Source: Diadema antillarum (taxonomy: Eukaryota). Taken from it: a DNA stretch of 64,000 nt. Below are positions 22,850 through 36,120 of this stretch, in pieces. Location of the stretch: positions 496,001-560,000 of the forward strand of contig NW_027271662.1 in the NCBI RefSeq assembly GCF_040938485.1, in the 5' to 3' direction. The notes under the pieces are model-generated. The model searched no databases. It was not told the origin of the DNA and saw nothing but the letters and a program-made list of their open reading frames with translations. The position numbers and the translations under genes are program-made. Position 1 is the stretch's first letter, and each line of letters starts with the position of its first letter.

Positions 22850-24597
22850 GGGGAGAGTGGGGTAAGACGGACCCCTTAACTTTGGAGGCTTGTCATTCTA
22901 TAACGTAGATTGATTTGAATATTGTTCTTTAGTGTATATGATGTGGCCACGTATCACCCACCTACGCCGACGAAACTGAGCAATATGCTTTATTATTTGA
23001 ATAAAATCCCAATATATATTTTTTTCACCATGGGCCGTTTTACCCGAGGCCTCGGGTAAGAGTGGCCATATGGGGGCGGCAAAACAGATCACTAGGTCCG
23101 TTTTGCCCCGAGCGGTTCAAAAACAAATTACGAAGAAGAAGAAAAAAGAAGCAACGTTTGTTTCTTTGTGTTCTTTCAAAGGTATCAATAGATCACCAAA
23201 CAAACAACTGTTCAGCAAGTTTTAACAGCATGAGAACACATAAATACAACAAAACTCCATGAAACATGACAATGTGCAAACATCTTGAACACCAATTTTC
23301 GCATCTGTTAAATCATCTTAAACACAGATTCACTGAATTTGACACTTGTAATTCCTGCCACTCCACAAGTAGTCCACATAACCAAATTCATGGCTATTTT
23401 CTCCCTTCTCCCTAAATCTTTTGTGTCAAAACAATAATATCAGTTGAATCACAAAATGAATGAACATTGGCTGAAACGAATTGAACACAGTGATTTATAG
23501 TTAACACAGCGTACTTTCAACGATGCTCAAGCTATACAGTGTAGTAACTGTTAACGTGGAGACAAAATTAATGCTTAGTTAAAACTGGCTTAAAGAGCGC
23601 ATACTATACTCACTCTGCTGATGACAACAAAAAATCAACTCAGCAAACAACTCACAACAACTTATTGTATTTGAAACGACCATGCAGAGTAGAACTATTA
23701 AAAAAAATAATAATCCTGTTTTTCCGACTAAGTCAAAGATCAATTAACATCCTGTTTTATTTTGCTGCTATCCCTTTATCAATATTTGTTGTACAGCTAT
23801 AATATATCCAATTGTTCGACCAGACCATCCATGTATAATTGCATGGTTAAATTTCATGTCAGTGTTGTGTTGTTTCTTTTCACCATTCCCCCTATTCTTT
23901 ATTCTATTCGTTGCCTTATGAAATTAACCAAACATCAAACTGCATTCTGGCTCTTCATGATTAACCCTATGATAGTTATTTATATAGTCATGTATGCTTA
24001 TGTGGCCTTTATGGCCTCTATCATGTCATGTGATCTCCATGAATTCCTCGTCGATTTTCTTACTTCACCTTGACGTATGACTTCCTTAGAGGTCAGGAAA
24101 TGGTAAAAGAATACCATGATCTATTTAATAACGCAATTTGTAACCAAAATCAATGTACAATTACTACATGGGGTAAGAAGGCTCGTGGTCCTTTTTGGAC
24201 ACTCAAGGGAGAGCCATCTTACCCCACAGTGACTTTCACGCATATCAAGACACGATACAACTGAAGTTTACAAGACAGCTGATTCTTTTCCCGCACAGTG
24301 CGATCACCAATATTCACATTATCCATCCTAACCGAATGGTACAATTTGCTGTAGTAATGTCTATAATATGAACCCTTATGGTGTATACGCACTTTCCTTA
24401 CATCAGGGGGTGATTGAAACATATTGTGTCATGTGATTTTCTTAGACTTCAAGGTTTTTTCGTGAAATTTTTACAAGCATCCTTGCTAACCATGGGCAAT
24501 CACGGCATATCATTGATCAGCCGCAAGTGTAAGTGATTAAGCAGTTAGAGGGGGTGATCCGTCTTACCCGCTGTGCTCTTCTTACCCCACTTTCCCC
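22850..24597. mobile_element. Tc1/mariner-pogo-like non-autonomous DNA transposon (TA TSD)
   Basis: TA|GGGGAGAGTGGGGTAAGA ... TCTTACCCCACTTTCCCC|TA, internal GGGGTAAGA copies, no transposase ORF seen. Confidence 0.75.
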
Positions 24598-24599
24598 TA

Positions 24600-25045
24600 A
24601 TTGTTCCTGATAATCAGAACGCTAGACCGAAACTTGTCCAGAATACCACAACTAATGTCCCAGATGGTTTCAACTACTAATGAAATTTATTCAGCGCGTT
24701 TAGACTTCAAAAAGATCATGTCCTAGGTTTTTAGAGACAATAGTATTCACAAATTTGGACCCGTTACAGTAAACCAGCATATTCCGTTCTCATCATAATT
24801 ACATATTACAGACTTGAGCCGATAACCTACAGTTGATATGGAGGCTATGCCATCTCTACAGACCGTATGGAAGAACTCCTATTGTGAGTCTCTCCCACTT
24901 CTGGTCCTGGACCTTCACAGAGGCTGTTCCACTCTCCCACACAAATCTGCCGGATGTGACACCCACGTGACATCGTTGGATATCCCATCCGACACAAAAT
25001 GGAGCGTCTTGAGGAGGGTGTCGTCAACCAAGGTAAGTACAATCA
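24600..25045 (+). mobile_element. Highly decayed CR1-group LINE ORF2 C-terminal fragment
   Basis: Frameshifted remnants resembling RP.LEY...W, QKRSC..LG and LPSL...LDIP..RTKR. Confidence 0.35.
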
Positions 25046-25067
25046 TGTATTACACCTATATTGAATC

Positions 25068-25308
25068 CAGTGGCGGATCCGGGGAGGGAGGGGGCGCCAG
25101 GCGCCTCTTTAATTTCTTTTCTTTTTTTATTAAAAAAAAAATATGTAAAAAAATTGAAGGGGCGCCTCTGGTGCCCCACCCCCTTTTTTATTTGTTTTTT
25201 TATTCTTTTATAAATAAAAGTATGCACAAGAGCAATCCGGAAGTGGAACCTCGCTTTGTGCCCCCCCCCCCCCACCACCCCTTTACGGAATTCCTGGATC
25301 CGCCCCTG
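25068..25308. mobile_element. MITE with CAGTGGCGGATCC / GGATCCGCCCCTG termini
   Basis: 13-bp imperfect TIR, GGGGGCGCC motifs, internal CCGGAAGTGG. A right-end fragment recurs at 59795-59870. Confidence 0.75.
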
Positions 25309-25552
25309 AAACCATGCACCCACGGTGTCGAGTGTAAACAGTATGAATATGAATGAATAGCATTGTCCTACAAATATATTATCGTGTGTAAATGTATGTA
25401 TGTATGTATGTAGGCCCTATGTGTGTCTAATTATGTATATGTGAATGTGAGTATGAGTTTGTGCATGCGTGTGGGATTGTACTATATGTGTTTCTGTATT
25501 TTGTGTGTTCTATGTATGTTGAACTTAGCATCACATTTCGCAGTTTTGAACA

Positions 25553-26216
25553 AGTTCAAATTTTCTTTGCGACAAGAAAAACTGTTTGCGACAATAAAAA
25601 CCGTTTGCGAACTTTCTTGCAACTGTTAACGAACCTTTTGCAACCCTTTACGAACCCTGGCGAAATCCCAAATTCGCTACGTTCGCAAACGTTCACCGCT
25701 CAGTGGGATACCCCCTTGAGCGGTAGCAGCAGCCTGGCAAAGCAGCTCTTCAAGGATAGCAGCACGTTGAGCCTGCAGAAATTTATTTCCATATACTGGA
25801 AATCCATCTTAAACGGTTGTCAAAAGAGATCTGAATTCAGTGGAAGGTTGTATGTTCGTTTTATGGGTCTGACTATACATAATCGCGTGGTACTTTTCTA
25901 GGTCCCAGAACATTCGCAAATTTTCGCAAAGGATTTGCAAACAGTTGCTAATATTTGCAAAACTGTCGCTAACATTTGCAAAATTGTCGCTAACATTTGC
26001 TAACAGTCGCTAATAGTCGCCACCTGTATTTCGCAAACACTTTCGCAAACATTCGCTCAAGTGTTGCTAATTGTCGCTAAACGTCGCTAAGAGTCGCTAA
26101 CTGTCGCTAATGGCAGAAGCGAACCTTGATTTTTTTCGCAAACATTCGTCAGAAAAGTTGGCGAATCTCAAATTCGCTACGTTCGCAAACGTTCGCCGCT
26201 CAGTGAGATACCAGCC
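25553..26216. mobile_element. Two tandem right ends of a PIF/Harbinger-like element with (TCGCAAA/GTCGCTAA) subrepeats
   Basis: CAAATTCGCTACGTTCGCAAACGTTC(A/G)CCGCTCAGTG(G/A)GATACC is duplicated, ending at 25715 and 26216; the second is followed by TTA. Confidence 0.65.
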
Positions 26217-26599
26217 TTACGGTATGATACTGAAGTATAAATTATACGTAGGTGGTGCATGATCTCGATCCAATACTCATTCACCACAAGATGGCAGCAA
26301 ACAAAATGATGCTTGTTGACCAGATAACGCATGAGCTCTGTGTTCGATCGTCTGCAACAGTCGTCTGCAACAGTCTTTTGCATTGTTGTCGATATCGACG
26401 TAGTGTTACATCATCCAACATGCTCGCACTTAGCAAGGAGCTTCTGAAGCTCCTTGCATTTAGCAAGCTATGTCTATGTCTTTGCACCCCCTCCCCCTCC
26501 CCGTGTACTGAGACTTGGAATTAGCGTCTGAATAAATGTGTTATAATTCTGAATTATCGGAGAGTTCATCTGATCATAAAGGGTCTCGAATTTCTTTTC

Positions 26600-27600
26600 T
26601 TCTTCTCTGTTATTATCGTTGTTGTTGTTGTTGTTGCTGTTGCTATTATTGTTAGTGTTATCATTATTATCATCATTATTATTCTTATTATCAGTACTGC
26701 CATTTTTATCATTGTTATCTCTATCATCACAAGATCTATCTCGAAGATCAATTTCAAGCCAAGTTCTATCCTAGAACCTTAGACTTCTGCTACTTTTCTG
26801 AGGATTCCCGCCGTGCCAAGCAATGTTGCCTTTTGGAGTGTCTGCACTCGGTCGAGCATACGGGCCACGTTATCCAAGTAACGTCGTAGCTGCTTTGGAA
26901 TTGTTCCGAGTGGACCACCTTCTCCACAGGCGGCGAAAATCTCTGGCCAGGTCCTGGTACTTTGATTCCATCTTTTGCTTCTCCTTATCGGCTACTTGGC
27001 TGTCTCTCCCAGTGCAGCGACATCGACGATTGTGCACATCTTCCAAACCTTTTCTACTTTTCTACGATGACGCATATGCTACATGTATAATTATGATATT
27101 GTGAGTTTAAACATCTAAATCCCACAGGAATTTTCACTTGGGTCATTTTCGGTAACTTTCTGTAGATCGTGCACATAGTATGTCATTTGCTCCCACATGA
27201 TATTTCATGTTTTCTTTTGCAAAGCTCCCAGTAAATCATTTGTGCCAGTTTGTCATGTCGCCTTAAGGCCTTTGTACTCTTTCAGCGCCAGTTTACTACA
27301 GCCTCATACGATGTACGTGTTGCACTGTCTCGTCTCTTTCTCGGCATATTAGGGAGCTTTAAATTTTAGACGCGCGGACGTTCAAAGGGAAAGAAACATG
27401 ATCTGAGTGTGCGCAGTCGCGCGGGTCAAGTTGACGCACGCTTCTGCGCACGCTCAGATCATGTTTTTTCCCTCTGAACGTCCGCGCGTCTAAAATCTAA
27501 AGCTCCTATCCTGCACGGTGGCATTCACATCCCTTCTTTGTCCATTGGCTTTTAGAGCATTCGTCGACAGTCCTTTTTCTTTTGAGTGGGTATAATACCT
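26600..27600 (-). mobile_element. R4/Dong-type (RLE endonuclease) non-LTR retrotransposon 3' fragment with (AAT/AAC)n tail
   Basis: Minus-strand frameshifted CRIC..DETVQH (CCHC), RRHDKLAQMIYWELC, VDVA...DKEKQKMESKYQDLA, GTIPKQL...LQKATLLGTAGILRKV* (stop 26779-26781). Confidence 0.85.
27351..27507. mobile_element. Harbinger-like palindromic MITE nested in the R4/Dong element
   Basis: AGGGAGCTTTAAATTTTAGACGCGCGGACGTTCA TIR. Removing it restores the CRIC codons of the host LINE. Confidence 0.8.
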
Positions 27601-28490
27601 ATTTTTTTCCCCGCAGAATATGTACACTGTATAGGTATGTCCTGTTAATGCCTCTTCTTGTACTGATCATATAGACATGAACATGCTGTTATTCTTTCCT
27701 TCCTGTGTATCATTCTATAAAATGCGTGTCTAATTTCATACATTAACTTGTATATTCTGTTGCAAAATAATAATAAAGAAAATGAATTACAAGAAAATTA
27801 AACATGCAGAAATCAGCATGACATAAAGCAATTATAGATCGTATTAATGTATACATAGGTCACATTTGTTTCTCAATTATTAGATTTTGTCCAGTCACCA
27901 TTGTAGGAATAAGGCAGAGGAGTGGGCCCACCCACTGTGCACCTGGTCAAAGGCAATTCGTTTCCATAGTAACCGTTTCCTCCATCTCGTCATCACGCAG
28001 TTATCTGGAGTGGTGTTAATTCGTCGCTCGTTTCCCAAACATCCTATCACTGCATTCTCGGTCATGATTCATCTTGTTTCGTTCTCGTCTGCAAGAAGTT
28101 TACTAGATATGATTGAGAGCAGCAGCCATAACTGCTGGACACATCCGCCCATGGAGGCGGTCATATGCATGATGCGTAGTATGCATAAAATGAACACTAT
28201 ACCCATAGATATAGATATTATCTAAATCTTAAAGGGCAACACTACTCTAGGGTGAATCTTACTTTCATACAGAGTAAACACGAGTAAAAAGAAGAGATGA
28301 AGTTTCACAGACAAATTGCATAAAAATATGATTTTTTTTTGGCAAAGTCTCTCATATTTCCAAGAAACAGTTATTCAATCACATAATGCAAATGAGAAGA
28401 AGTAATCGTAACTTAAAATCATTCACTTGCAAGGCTGAAATTGCTTTGAACGTACACTTCCAAAATTTGCAGGTTACAGTATTACTGTAA

Positions 28491-28651
28491 NNNNNNNNNN
28501 NNNNNNNNNNNNNNNNNNNNNNNNNNNNNNNNNNNNNNNNNNNNNNNNNNNNNNNNNNNNNNNNNNNNNNNNNNNNNNNNNNNNNNNNNNNNNNNNNNNN
28601 NNNNNNNNNNNNNNNNNNNNNNNNNNNNNNNNNNNNNNNNNNNNNNNNNNN
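28491..28651. other. Assembly gap (N run)
   Basis: Run of N. Confidence 1.
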
Positions 28652-29364
28652 CTCGTATATGAATATTACATCAGAAATAATTATACAGGTTCTTTTTTAC
28701 CTTGTAAACAATGTGCAAAAACAAACAATGATGGCAATAACACATCAATTGTAATGATGACTGGTCGAAATCGAGATGGGGTAGAACAAAGAGAAGTATG
28801 ACGGGACCTACATGAAAGCAAGCTTGTTTGGCTGTAAGCCCCGAGAAATCAGTGTTTGTGATAAAGAAACGGTGAACGGATAGAAGATAAGACCAGGCGA
28901 GTTAATGGTACCAAATAAGAAAAGCTGGATATGCCTATGTGATTAAAAAAAAAAGAAGAAAAAAAATACTAGAATGTGAATCATTATTGTGAACGAGCTA
29001 TCATTTGTTTCCGGAGTAGAACATGATTTGTTTATAAAGCCTGCTTTGGTATACATCATAAACTGCTGTTGCATTAAAACTACCACAAGGTTATGTTCAG
29101 TAAAACACAAAAAGTAGCATGTACAGCTATTAAGTCATTTGGTGCCTGCCTTCAAGCTCTGGATAGAAAGTGAGAGAGAGGTAGACTTTGGTAGAGGGAA
29201 GGAGGAAGAGAGGGAAACGAAGTAGAGTGTGGAATTGCCAATGATGAATTCGGAGAACCTGACGGCAAGTCCCAAAACGCAATCTGCAGCGGGTTGACAA
29301 GAATGGTTAATCGGACAATAACATACCACAATATTACATAAGACATTACAAATTTATTCAGTAT

Positions 29365-29559
29365 AGGCGTTTTCACATCAGCCCGATGTTTCGAAATAGC
29401 GCGCTATTTTCTGACTTGGGAAATTATCCCGATAGCGAACTCGCGCGCTATTTGATAATGTTCAGGCTTATGTGAATACGAAATGAAATAGCGCGCTAAT
29501 TTGCGATCGCGAAAAATATCTCGAGCTTGGATTTTTATCGGAGTGATGTGAAAACGCCT
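29365..29559. mobile_element. Harbinger-like MITE (AGGCGTTTTCACATCA TIR)
   Basis: 16-bp perfect TIR and repeated AAATAGCGCGCTA motifs. Confidence 0.8.
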
Positions 29560-31087
29560 AATGATTCTTTTAATTTGCATTTGAAGGAATGTAATTTTAT
29601 ATGGTATGTAATGTAAGGAATGTAATTCTATAATTATGGTAATCATTCAACCTTTTCAAGTAATATAGTAATATTGTGACCATTTGCAGGTGGGTTGGCG
29701 TCAAGACCCTGGAATATTACTGACTTATCTCCCCCGGACATATTTCAGGTGACATAGACACCATAAACGTGACTTAGTTAATGTGGCTTTAATGGTATTC
29801 CTCTGAGACTATTGGACATTAAATGGTTTATGAGTGTGTGTGTGTGGTTTTTTTTTTTCATATATTTCTAACCTTTTCCTATAGCCATTATTTTCTTTTT
29901 CTCTCGTTGTTGTTCGTCGGTTTGATCTGCTCAGTTGTGTTTTCTCGTCGTCTGACTTTCCCGTTCGCTGTGATAGAAAATGTTAGGGTGTGTCAAATTA
30001 TAATATAAAAGAAACGAGTTTCCGCTGCAATGAAAATGGTTACAATGTCATGTAACTGTGCGTAAAACACCAGCACACACACATGTACGCATCATCACAC
30101 AAATCAGATAAACACACGATAATTTGTAAACAGAGAGATAGAAAAACAGACAAAAATCAACAAACACAAAGAAATACTAATGAGAGATATGAAAAACGTC
30201 GTTCATTTGGACGTCAAGTTTACGAAGATACAAACGGGCAGAAAAACACAACAACAACAGGGTCATCCACTTTCGGAGCGTCCGATGTTTCAGCCTGAAT
30301 CTGTTATCTCTAGAAAATTTCCTCATCCATGTTCAATACTGAGTATATTATTAACACTTCGGTTTCTAATGGAGAAGGGGAAATGGCATGTTGACAGATG
30401 AATACACTCCAGAGCACCCTCTACGTCTATTGTGAAGAAGGCAATACGAAGTTCCTTGTAGGGAGTCAAATTCTCTACTTTATGAAGTTTGACTTGTGAT
30501 TTCCCAAGCCAAAGATAATCGTTAAAAAAAGCAACCCAACACTCTATATAACTCTTTGACAACCATGTACATAGTAAATACTACAGGTACGAATTTGGAC
30601 ATAAATGGGCTAATATAATCATGCATTTTGGTCTTGAAACGACATTTTTATGGTCATATTATAATCTACTTCTGTTCTCACATTTCATCAACACACTAAG
30701 TGACTATTATCATAGTGCTGTCTGTCTTGCTGATCTAAAATCAATCTCAATGTAGCCTCGTCAAACAGCTCTTAGCTTTGAAAAACGATCATCATTCTAT
30801 TCTTACCGAGGAAATGCCCATCTTTATACATTGCTTGTGTGCATGAGTAGCTTTTTTCCAGGTCGGCAGTGTTGTCCATGTCAAGTTATCCATCTTGCTA
30901 TCCTGCATGCTTGGTGCGTTTAGCTTTCGGTCACTTCTCTATTTTGTTTTGACTCACACCCCCCCCCCCCCCCTCTCTCTCTCTCTCTTTATCTGTATAT
31001 ACATTATGTATAATTGTACATATATTTCTTTCTGAATTTTTATGTATTTGTATACATAACAAGAAGAAGTCTCGAGTACGCCAATCG

Positions 31088-31134
31088 TTATACACTGACG
31101 AAGACCTGAGGCGGGCCGAAAATTTTGTGAATAA
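31088..31134 (+). ncRNA. Minimal type I hammerhead ribozyme motif (Penelope/retrozyme-like)
   Basis: ACA-CTGACGA-A-GACC-TGAGGCG-GGCC-GAAA-ATTT-TGT: catalytic core CUGANGA/GAAA, stem II with one mismatch, short stem I (ACA/TGT), AATAAA follows. Confidence 0.55.
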
Positions 31135-31153
31135 AAACCTTGTTGGATCTACA

Positions 31154-31391
31154 NNNNNNNNNNNNNNNNNNNNNNNNNNNNNNNNNNNNNNNNNNNNNNN
31201 NNNNNNNNNNNNNNNNNNNNNNNNNNNNNNNNNNNNNNNNNNNNNNNNNNNNNNNNNNNNNNNNNNNNNNNNNNNNNNNNNNNNNNNNNNNNNNNNNNNN
31301 NNNNNNNNNNNNNNNNNNNNNNNNNNNNNNNNNNNNNNNNNNNNNNNNNNNNNNNNNNNNNNNNNNNNNNNNNNNNNNNNNNNNNNNNNNN
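31154..31391. other. Assembly gap (N run)
   Basis: Run of N. Confidence 1.
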
Positions 31392-32739
31392 GTACTTTTC
31401 AGTGCAATTACTAATTCTGCTGATATCAAAAGAAAGGACATTATCTCGTCTTACATGTCTGAGTCTGATGAGTTTTGATCGCTCCGGAATCCTCTGGTAA
31501 TACATACAAACATCTTCACCCGGGGTGTCAGGATATTACGGGATTAGTGCGCTAAATAATCGCCACCAATGGCTTCGCGAGTGACATTTCCTGAACCGAC
31601 TATTTGGGGCAAGAAAGTTGGCACTAGCTCTATATGCAGACAGGTAACATTGCGCATCGAAATTATGTAGCATTTGCTTAAAAATCACCAGCGATACAAC
31701 TCTTTACACTTTCTGCGGATTCAAGTTTGACTAGGCTGACTACTGATGACGTGATGACAATATATTGTTGTAATTGTCGTATCGTTGGGTATTCATCGCG
31801 TTTGTTCTTTCCTCCTTTTGGATTGGACGGTGGTTGTTGTTGTTTTTATTTTGAATCATGTTGACCCATTTAGTTATGTAACCATGCCCGTCTTTCGTTA
31901 TCAACTTGTATGTATTACCTTTGAGGCATCGCATTTTTAAAGAAATGACGAATTGAAAACGTGTGGTGAAAGCGAAGTTGTACCCACCGCCGACAGGGAT
32001 GTATGCCACTCGAAATAGAATAGATTATAATGCGAACAAATATTGTTTATTCTACAAAATGATCAATGACCTTAAGTGAATCTCAACCACGGGGATAACG
32101 CCGGGCAAATATTGTTTCGATTCATTCAATTCATTTATTTTTCATTTTCATTTTTCTTCCAACAAAACATAACACATAGTAAATCAGGAATCAAATCATA
32201 TGCATATACATCGGAATGTGCGAAAGATAAACGATAGTTAACAAATAGAGATATACATATACATACCGGCAAAATACTATAAGTTATGTTTAGAAGGGGG
32301 AAAGAGAAGTGAGAGGTCCACTAAAAGCAATGCTTGTATATTGTGAACCACTCAAGACTTATTTTAGAAATACTTTCTGAAATTACAAACTTAACACAAA
32401 AATAATTAAGACAGGATGGGAAAAAAAAACATGAGAAACTCAACAGCATAACATGACTAAACTGAGGGGGATACAATTGGAAGGAGTGGGGAAAGGAACG
32501 GATATTGCATCATACCTACCCTATTGAAAGGAAAGGATATTGCATCCTACCAAAAGTTGACAGAATATTTGACATACTCTGTCATCTCATTAACATTGTA
32601 TCATTTTCTTCTCATGCCACTCGCCTTATGTGAGACTTATATGCAACACAACTGCTTGTTTTTCTTTCTAGCATTTTTTAGATCCTTCAATGCGTTTCAA
32701 GTGGCTGTGTTTATCTTTGAAATGACAAAAATATTATAA

Positions 32740-32925
32740 ATATACAATAATGATAGTAGTAATGAGTAGTTATAGTAGTAGAAGTAGCAGCAGTAGTAGT
32801 AGTAGTAGTAGAAGTATCAGTTGTTGTTCTTCTTCTTATTACTATTATCATTGTTATTATTACACGTATTATTGTTATTATCATCATCATCATCATCATT
32901 ATTATCATTATCATTATCATTATTG
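32740..32925. repeat. Compound trinucleotide low-complexity tract ((TAG)n/(TAT)n/(CAT)n)
   Basis: Direct reading; source of several spurious ORFs. Confidence 0.9.
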
Positions 32926-33918
32926 TCAACTAAAAGAAGAATCAGTAGGAGTAGAATGAGGGGAGGAGGAGGGATGAAGGGGGAAGAATGTAATGTCTAT
33001 CTCAGAAGCTCCAGGGTATTTGTATGTCATCTCCATGGTAACATGACTCATTGATTTTGATATAATACACGATGTACTTATAACAACACCAGTCATCGCA
33101 CCATTGACAGGAAAAAGATCGATTTCTTCATCACGATGTATACACACAAATAAGAAGCAGCGAAGACAAACAATAATATGTATTCATTTTTAATCTGTTT
33201 GTTTATCTGTTTGTTTGGTTACTTATTTGTTTACAAAGGTATTATTTTTTTCTTCTGTTACTCTCCAAAATAATCGTAGATATATGCTCGTTTAGTATCT
33301 ATGAACACCAAGTGAAAAAGAAGGAACCAGCCTATTTGTTTGTTTGTTTGTTATTGTTTTCTCAACATTAGGTCAAAGGGTAAAGGGAAGAATGGCCACT
33401 GTGCTATTGTTATGACAGTATCTTCACAATGTCTTTCAGTTCATCCGTGAATGATCATTCAACACCTTGGGAAACGGTCCCCCCCCCCCCCTCCCCCCTT
33501 TCTCCCCGGCTCGCCACCGGGTTGGGGCATTGACTGAGACTGCTCATGACATAACACGGCGTTTCCTTAAATCGGGGCGCCCTTTATCCCACACGCCTTT
33601 AGATCGATGTACAATGATAATAGTTCCTCACCTGCACATTGCCCTGCCGCTTCCGTTCCTTGTATGCTCTTCGATTAAGCCGTACTGTTTTTCGAACATG
33701 GAAACATATATTATGACATTACACATACCGATGTTAGTGTCTGCTGTCAAATTTGTTCGATGTTTGTACTATTATGCAAATTACATTATTAACCTTTGGA
33801 CTCTATCCCTTTAAGCCAATAAAGATGGTTAATGTAGCACTTTCAAATTGCACCAATTCCTCTTTCTCCCCCCCCCCCCCTTCGCTCTACACACACGCGC
33901 ACACACAAACACGCACAC

Positions 33919-33955
<37 letters not shown>

Positions 33956-34089
33956 ACGTGTATTATGTACAATTTGTAGATGGGGCCTACTATATATCCA
34001 TCGACTTTTATAATCATGCTCTCCAACATCCAATCTTAAGCAATGGGGGAAGCCCCTTATTAAATCTAGCATGCAATGCTTGCCTTAAA

Positions 34090-34615
34090 TAAACCAAAGC
34101 CTAAATTAATATAATGTGGATTGAGTGAAAGCAGCAAATTTTGATAGTAAAACATGTCGGTGTAAGTTTGAGGAAAATCTTACTATCGATTAAAAAGTTA
34201 CGGATTATCAAAGTTTCGGTGCCGTTATCGCTAGATAGTAGGAGACCACTGCACTTCATGATGTCATTATGGACAACAATATAATGAAAGTAGAAAGAAA
34301 GTTCGACAGATTTTCACGTTTCTTTACCATAACGAAAAAGCACTGGACTTACCTCTTTCAGAAAGCAGGGGGGACTATAATGCCATTAAGCATATGTTAA
34401 TAGTAACAAGCTGATTGAATTTGCACTTTCATGAGAAATCTCATTTTGGAGAATACGCCTTGTAATTTATAACTGATTTTCTTTATGGTTGTCCAAAATG
34501 TCCACATGAAGTGAAGTAGTCTCTTTATCCAGCACCGAAACTTTGAATATTCATAAGTTTTAAATCGACTGTCCGATTTTCCTTAAACTGTCACTGATCT
34601 TGTTCGAACTTAGAC
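34090..34615. mobile_element. Kolobok-like non-autonomous element (approximate limits)
   Basis: Long subterminal inverted repeat AAGTTTGAGGAAAATC...CAAAGTTTCGGTGC vs GCACCGAAACTTTG...GATTTTCCTTAAACT; termini decayed. Confidence 0.45.
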
Positions 34616-35758
34616 GTGTCTTTTAGCTCATGATAGGAGCCTATCTGTCTTGTATCCACTCTGTCTCTACTCTCTTAGTCCCATCTCGGCTGGATTTGCC
34701 CACTTTATTTAACCCGCTAAACAGTGTCATATATTTAAAGATATATCTATGTTCAATTTGGTCGATATATTAATCAAGTTGCTTATTTGGTGACCACTTT
34801 TTCTTCTTGTATGCGTATTGTAACTGGTGGGACCCACAATATACAAGCTTCGCTTTTCAGTAGCTCTCCCCCCCCCTTCTCTCAATCCCCAAAATTATTT
34901 ATCATTAAAATGTTTCACTTCTTTAATCATGTTAATCCTCATTGAAAGTATAATGTACCCTGCTTATTTATTACTTAGGTTGGTGGTTCTTTCTTTTTAT
35001 TTACATTGTGTGTGCGTGTGTGATTAATTATGTTTAGGTGGAGAAAAAAATAATCTTGAAGTTAGGATTTTTACGTTGAGAGCTAAAAAGTAGTTTGAAG
35101 ATATCACTTTTTGTAGAGAAAGATGAAGTTGTACGAAATATATGAAAACAGCATGTCATCAGATGCAGTACAGCAATGTGAAAAAAAGGTATGAAACATA
35201 TTTCTAACTTATGATTTTTCATCAAAATTGTCCCTATTATTCGTTAAAATTTATTTTTCTAACTACAATAAAACTGCACTAGAATGTCTCGTTTTGGCAT
35301 GTTTCGTATACTCAGACATGTCAGATGTAATTCATAGAACAAATTTGCGCATTTGAAAGTTCAGTATGTGAAAAGCGATTCCATAATATGTTCAAGTTTG
35401 CTTTAATTGACAGAATGAAATGAAACAATCATAGAATAACAGCATGCAGTTCTATCAAAAGTCTGATGAAAAAAAGATTGATAGGAAAGTTATAGAATTT
35501 GTGGTTCACAAATGAGTTACATGTATATGGGTAGCATACGCTATTATACTTTTAACTATTGTCCTCGAGGCTCCCAACGACCTTCACACAAAGTCTCCAC
35601 TGATATTGAAGTCAGAAATTTGCCTCCTTTGCATCAAACTTGAGGTGAATTGCAATAACTTTTTTCATGATATCTATGATATATAATTATATGCATAGGG
35701 CCTATATATATATATATGTAGAACTTGCTTCCAAAAGGGGCTAAATCCATTGAAAAAT

Positions 35759-35992
35759 NNNNNNNNNNNNNNNNNNNNNNNNNNNNNNNNNNNNNNNNNN
35801 NNNNNNNNNNNNNNNNNNNNNNNNNNNNNNNNNNNNNNNNNNNNNNNNNNNNNNNNNNNNNNNNNNNNNNNNNNNNNNNNNNNNNNNNNNNNNNNNNNNN
35901 NNNNNNNNNNNNNNNNNNNNNNNNNNNNNNNNNNNNNNNNNNNNNNNNNNNNNNNNNNNNNNNNNNNNNNNNNNNNNNNNNNNNNNNNNNNN
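35759..35992. other. Assembly gap (N run)
   Basis: Run of N. Confidence 1.
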
Positions 35993-36083
35993 GTCACGCC
36001 CAAATTCCAGGGGTAGAGGACCTCCTTTGCAAACATACATATTAGGAATTTCATTTCTTGACTTATATTTTCTTATGTATTCA

Positions 36084-36120
<37 letters not shown>

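Noticed and set aside
30250-30562. 79-aa minus ORF (30323-30562)
   Set aside because: No recognisable motif or splice sites; the plus strand has weak L2-like C-terminal traces, too decayed to call.
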